From positions 49,067 to 113,066 of the forward strand of contig DATKWK010000035.1 in assembly GCA_035529595.1 (NCBI GenBank): 64,000 nt of DNA, given 5' to 3'. Positions 59,570-64,000 of the stretch are shown here, one piece after another. Numbering within the stretch: the first letter of the stretch is position 1; every line of letters begins with the position of its first letter. The notes beneath the pieces are model-generated. The model did not search any database. It was not told where the DNA came from and saw only the letters and a program-made list of their open reading frames with translations. This DNA comes from Candidatus Bathyarchaeia archaeon (GTDB taxonomy: Bacteria; Patescibacteriota; Microgenomatia; PFEM01; JAFGMK01). Both the position numbers and the translations under genes were made by a program.

Positions 59570-60709
59570 CTAGCGAGAACGGCGCAAGAAAGCTGGAATA
59601 TCCAGTTCTTCCTGAAACTCTTCAGGTGGGATACCATCTGGAGGTTGAAATTTTTCTTCTTCGTCATCCTTCTTTTCCTGGGGGTGCTCGCTGACAATCC
59701 CTTTTGCTTCATCTTCGGGCTCTTTATTTACAAAAGAAGCCAATTTTACTTGTGTCTCATCAAATCCGGTAGCTATAACAGTAATCTTTAACTGATCTGC
59801 AAGCTCTTCATCGATTGCCGCTCCGAAGATGATATTAGCGTCAGCATCAGCTGCCTTAGAAATGATTTTAGCGGCTTCGTCAACTTCACTCATCGTCAAG
59901 TCCTTACCGCCGACGATATTAAATAGGACTCCTTTGGCTCCCTCAATTGAAATATCAAGCAGCGGTGATGAGATAGCCGCCCGAGCTGCCTCTTGAGCTC
60001 GATTTTCACCAACTCCGGTTCCAATACCCAAAAGCGCTGAACCAGCGTTACTCATAATTGTCCTGACGTCGGCAAAATCAAGGTTAATTAGACCGGGAAC
60101 AGTAATTAAATCGGAAATTCCTTTAACTCCCTGACTAAGAATAGAATCAGCCAATCTGAAAGCTTCAAGCAGCGTCATCTTACGGTCGACAATATTCAAA
60201 AGCCGTTGATTGGGAATAACTATTAGAGTATCCACCTTGGTTTTCAGTTTCTCGATACCATCCTCCGCCACAACCATTCTCCGCGTGCCTTCAAAACCAA
60301 AAGGTTTGGTAACCACCGCTACCGTTAATGCTCCATTTTCTTTCGCAATTTCAGCAACTATAGGCGAAGCCCCGGTGCCCGTACCTCCCCCCATACCGCA
60401 GGTGAGAAAAACCATATCGGCGTCGAAAATTGCTTCTTTGATTTTTTCTCTTGATTCTTCGGCTGCCTGAAGACCAACTTCTGGATTAGAACCGGACCCT
60501 AAACCATGAGTCAAATTTTCGCCAATCTGAATTTTTGCCGGGGATTTATTGGCAAGAAGCGCTTGCGAATCAGTGTTGACAGCAATAAAATCCACTCCTC
60601 GAATGAGCTCATCTTTCATCATTGAATCGATAGCGTTCCCTCCACCACCGCCAATGCCTAATACTTTTATTTTGGCCAATTGAGCGGTATCTGGTTTAAC
60701 TAGAGCCAT
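59570..60709 (-). CDS. ftsZ: Cell division protein FtsZ
   Basis: [30 protein letters not shown]. Confidence 0.98.
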   Translation of the reverse strand: MALVKPDTAQLAKIKVLGIGGGGGNAIDSMMKDELIRGVDFIAVNTDSQALLANKSPAKIQIGENLTHGLGSGSNPEVGLQAAEESREKIKEAIFDADMVFLTCGMGGGTGTGASPIVAEIAKENGALTVAVVTKPFGFEGTRRMVVAEDGIEKLKTKVDTLIVIPNQRLLNIVDRKMTLLEAFRLADSILSQGVKGISDLITVPGLINLDFADVRTIMSNAGSALLGIGTGVGENRAQEAARAAISSPLLDISIEGAKGVLFNIVGGKDLTMSEVDEAAKIISKAADADANIIFGAAIDEELADQLKITVIATGFDETQVKLASFVNKEPEDEAKGIVSEHPQEKKDDEEEKFQPPDGIPPEEFQEELDIPAFLRRSR

Positions 60710-60766
60710 AAAATGTTGACTGATATAAACAGGATTCCCTCATAAAATTCGGGCAGGAGAAAAAAC

Positions 60767-62077
60767 TCAAGGTAATAATGATTTTATCAGATTCAGTGTT
60801 CTGTTGGCAAGTCCGTGAACGGGGATCTTCCTCAATACACCACTAATCCGACCTAATGATAGTCTGTTACTCGGCTCGACCCTTCTCTTTAACGCATATT
60901 TAATTAAACCAACCAAGGTAGCAAATTCTGGCGAGAGAATATCGTCAACTAAGCCCACCACTCCTTTAGGTGTTCCGACACGGACAGGTAGCGATAAAGT
61001 TCTTCTGGCTGAATCGACTATGCCGGCAGTCATGGCGCCACCACCGCACAAAACAATACCTGATGGTGTCATTCCGCCGAAGCCGCTCTTTTTTATTTCC
61101 ACTCCTACCAAACTAAAAATCTCATTTAATCTCGGCCTAATAATCCCTTCAATGAGCGTTTTCTTGGAAACTTTTTTGGCTTCATCGATACCTTCAATTA
61201 CGGTTAAGTCCAACTCATCATCGTCATTATGGCTTTTCTTTAATTCTTTCTCATTCTTGCTCTTTGATACTTTCGTTTCTCCGCCTATAAATACCTTTAC
61301 TTTTTCCGCTACCTCAAGTGGCAACCGTAGGCCGATTGCCAAATCATTAGTTATATTTCTTGCTCCGACTGGAATTACCGAAGTAAAAACGGGTGAACCT
61401 TCAATAAATATAACAGAGCTGGTTGTACCCCCACCCAAATCAACCAAGATTACACCTAATTCTTTTTCGGTTTCGCTTAGGACCGCTTCCGCTGACGCAC
61501 TTGCCGTCGCTATCCGACCGGTGATGTTAGCCCCAACCTCTGAAATACACTTAGTCAAATTTTTTATAGCCGTTGTCGAACCGGTAACAATATGTGTTTC
61601 AACTTCGAGCCGAATTCCCGACATTCCCACCGGATCGGCAATACCTTCCTGGCCATCAACATTAAAATTTCTTGTTACCACATCAATAATTTCCCTTGAG
61701 GAAGGCAAGGATATCGCCTTAGCAGCCTCAATTACCCGTCGGACATCCTCCTCACTGATTTCTTCTTCAGGTTCAGCGATTGCCACGACCCCTTTGGAAT
61801 TCTGTGAAGCAATATGCTGTCCGCCAACCGATACATAAACATCGGCAATATTATAGCCAGCCATTCTCTCTGCGGCTTCAACGGAATCAATAATGGCTCC
61901 GGTAGCTTCATCAATATTTACTACCTGACCCTTTCGAACTCCCCGAGAATTAATTGAAGAAGAGCCTAAAACGCGAATATTTTCTTCCCCATCGTCGAGC
62001 GAGGCGATGATTGTTGCAATCTTTGAGGAACCGATGTCCACACCGGAAATCAGTTTTGTTCTGGCCATATGAATCAA
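60767..62077 (-). CDS. ftsA: Cell division protein FtsA
   Basis: DIGSSK, DLGGGTT, GGGA, C-terminal amphipathic helix. Confidence 0.96.
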   Translation of the reverse strand: MIHMARTKLISGVDIGSSKIATIIASLDDGEENIRVLGSSSINSRGVRKGQVVNIDEATGAIIDSVEAAERMAGYNIADVYVSVGGQHIASQNSKGVVAIAEPEEEISEEDVRRVIEAAKAISLPSSREIIDVVTRNFNVDGQEGIADPVGMSGIRLEVETHIVTGSTTAIKNLTKCISEVGANITGRIATASASAEAVLSETEKELGVILVDLGGGTTSSVIFIEGSPVFTSVIPVGARNITNDLAIGLRLPLEVAEKVKVFIGGETKVSKSKNEKELKKSHNDDDELDLTVIEGIDEAKKVSKKTLIEGIIRPRLNEIFSLVGVEIKKSGFGGMTPSGIVLCGGGAMTAGIVDSARRTLSLPVRVGTPKGVVGLVDDILSPEFATLVGLIKYALKRRVEPSNRLSLGRISGVLRKIPVHGLANRTLNLIKSLLP

Positions 62078-62907
62078 TCTTTGTACTTAACTATCGGTTT
62101 TTCAAATCTTAAGTCAATTAACTGTGGAACCTTGCCCTCTATTTTAGCCCGGCTCAAAATTAATTGTAAAGAGTCAACCTGAAAATCAGTATTATTAAAT
62201 GAAAAAATAGCTCGCCAATCAGGCGAGAATACCATCATCTGGCCGGATTGGGTCTCTATATAACCATACTTTAACGGTAAATTTACGTCTGATAGCACTT
62301 GAATTATCTCCCAAAAAGGCGGAAAAGATAAATCAGCAAGACTAGATCCGGAAGAAAGACTAATCGGTTCCTTAATTTTAATTAGCATCCTAGGTAGACT
62401 ATTATTTTCCTCTGCCTCACTATAAACAACTCCTCTTTCATCAACTAACCAACGAACATTAGAAATCGATTTAGCCTGATAAAAACTAGTCTCTATTTGT
62501 TTGAGATTTATCTCTCTGTTAAAGGTAAGATTACCCGAGAAATCAAAAACAGCGATCGCGACAGGCAATCCTTCTGAAAGATTGACCACTAATCTATCCG
62601 GAAACTTAACTTCAACCTTTTCATTTTTGTACTGAGGAAAAATCTTTTGAATTTTGGCCCCAAGCCAATCTCCGGATAAGGCAAGACTCAGTCTACCGGA
62701 TACCAAATTATAAATTCCGGCCCAAATTTCTTGGGAACACCTTCGGTTATCGAGATAACAGTCAAGTTTCTTGATCCTCAATATATCCGTATTAGTAAAT
62801 AAATACACGATCAGGAAGGTAAAAGAAGTAATAATTAAAATTAAGAAAAGATCAAGAAATTTCCGTTGATTTCTTATTTTTCTTAAAGAAAAAAATTTAA
62901 ACCTCAT
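62074..62907 (-). CDS. ftsQ: FtsQ/DivIB-like protein
   Basis: TM helix, FPD.L.V, C-terminal IDLRF; lies between murG and ftsA. Confidence 0.8.
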   Translation of the reverse strand: MRFKFFSLRKIRNQRKFLDLFLILIITSFTFLIVYLFTNTDILRIKKLDCYLDNRRCSQEIWAGIYNLVSGRLSLALSGDWLGAKIQKIFPQYKNEKVEVKFPDRLVVNLSEGLPVAIAVFDFSGNLTFNREINLKQIETSFYQAKSISNVRWLVDERGVVYSEAEENNSLPRMLIKIKEPISLSSGSSLADLSFPPFWEIIQVLSDVNLPLKYGYIETQSGQMMVFSPDWRAIFSFNNTDFQVDSLQLILSRAKIEGKVPQLIDLRFEKPIVKYKD

Positions 62908-64000
62908 ACGTATTTTTGGATTAAGTCAATAATTTGGTCAGCTGCATTTAGTTTAACCAATTGGCGTGCTTTAGGGCTATTTTTTCGATAAATATAAAGA
63001 TCTCTGATCATTTGACCCACAACCCGACTTAGCTCCTCCGAAGTTAATTTCCCTTGAGGTAAGACACGAGCCGTACCAACCTTGACTAATATCTGAGCAT
63101 TCAGATTTTGCTCAGAGGCATGACTCCAGGGGTAAGGAATAAAAAGTACCGGCTTTCCTAGAGCGGCTAATTCGTAAACTATGTGGGCGCCGGCTCGACT
63201 GACAATTAAGTCAGCTGAGGCAAAGATTGACCCAATTTCCGATCTAAAAAAATAGTCCTTAACAAGATATCGTTCTTGAAGTTCTGGGCATAATTTTTTT
63301 TTAAATATTTTCAGATGAGAATAATCATAATGAAGAGTACTGCTGCCACACTGATGAATAATGTTATATTTCTCAAGCATCAAAGGTAAGTTTTTTTTGA
63401 CCACTCTGTTTATGATATGGGATCCTTGTTTACCGCCGGTAATATAAATTATCGGTAAATGATTAGGGAAAAATCTTGTTTTCTTAGCAGACAATATTTC
63501 ATCCCTCAAAGGCAATCCGGTGAAAACGATTTTTCGACTAGGAAAATGACAAGAAGAGACTTTCCATGAAACACAAACTTTTTGGGCAAAGTAGCTGATA
63601 ATTCGGTTGGCAAAGCCATACACAACAGTTTGTTCATGGGTTATGGAAGGAATTCTTAATAAAAAAGCAGAGATCACAACCGGAAAAGCCAAATAACCAC
63701 CGAAGGAAAAAACAAGATCAGGCCGATACACCAAAAGATAATAAAACGATTGTAAGAAACCTCGCGGGAAACCAATCAGCTCTTTACCGAGGAAACGGCG
63801 TCCGATTTTACCCGCCTTAATTTCGACAAATTTAAAACCAGCCTGGGTTACTTCCCGGTATTCGGCTCCTGGTTGGCAGTCTCCGAGCATCGTATATTTG
63901 TGACCAAACCAGATTACTCTGTACCCTCTTAAACGGAGCTTTTCCGCAATTACCAAAGCACAGTTATGGTGTCCACCCGTAATGACAATCGTTTTCCTCA
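62904..64000 (-). CDS. murG: UDP-GlcNAc:lipid I N-acetylglucosaminyltransferase (start codon probably at or just beyond the window edge)
   Basis: Frame stays open to the edge (RKTIVITGGHH); FGGY, HEQ, TG.PLR, GG.QG, VSRAGA, EQ..NA. Confidence 0.93.
   Translation of the reverse strand, partial: RKTIVITGGHHNCALVIAEKLRLRGYRVIWFGHKYTMLGDCQPGAEYREVTQAGFKFVEIKAGKIGRRFLGKELIGFPRGFLQSFYYLLVYRPDLVFSFGGYLAFPVVISAFLLRIPSITHEQTVVYGFANRIISYFAQKVCVSWKVSSCHFPSRKIVFTGLPLRDEILSAKKTRFFPNHLPIIYITGGKQGSHIINRVVKKNLPLMLEKYNIIHQCGSSTLHYDYSHLKIFKKKLCPELQERYLVKDYFFRSEIGSIFASADLIVSRAGAHIVYELAALGKPVLFIPYPWSHASEQNLNAQILVKVGTARVLPQGKLTSEELSRVVGQMIRDLYIYRKNSPKARQLVKLNAADQIIDLIQKYV

Noticed and set aside
61020-61838. 272-aa plus-strand ORF and many similar short antisense ORFs over core genes
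   Set aside because: Antisense shadows of ftsA and other conserved genes, without motifs

Overview
A 64-kb bacterial window read in genetic code 11. Gene content and style suggest a Patescibacteria/CPR genome, probably the Microgenomates group (inference). From about 18 kb to the end it is mostly core genome: a Gld-like ABC transporter, pyrG, yraN, rplS, dnaE, gatC-gatA-MFS-gatB, clpB, htpX, lemA, polX, a P-type ATPase, a glycosyltransferase/O-antigen-ligase cluster, lepB, parB, rpmA, rplU, rodA, ileS and ftsZ-ftsA-ftsQ-murG. Six tRNAs are present: Glu, Lys, Asp, Gly, Thr and Val. The first ~18 kb is accessory, with decayed islands at the 3' ends of tRNA-Glu and tRNA-Lys. Four observations stand out. 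(1) A Thr5 leader peptide with attenuator hairpins lies upstream of an archaeal-type ThrRS that lacks an editing domain and appears to have Ser in place of the Zn-ligand Cys. (2) A tRNA-Glu-integrated island carries a TIR + small membrane protein + HNH-like gene trio (candidate anti-phage system; the HNH gene is frameshifted in a G-run). (3) An identically spaced motif, ACAC-N7-GTGT-N7-TTGACACCT, occurs three times at gene junctions and clearly truncates two genes, suggesting an unrecognised site-specific recombination site. (4) A 169-bp mini-element duplicates the tRNA-Lys 3' end.
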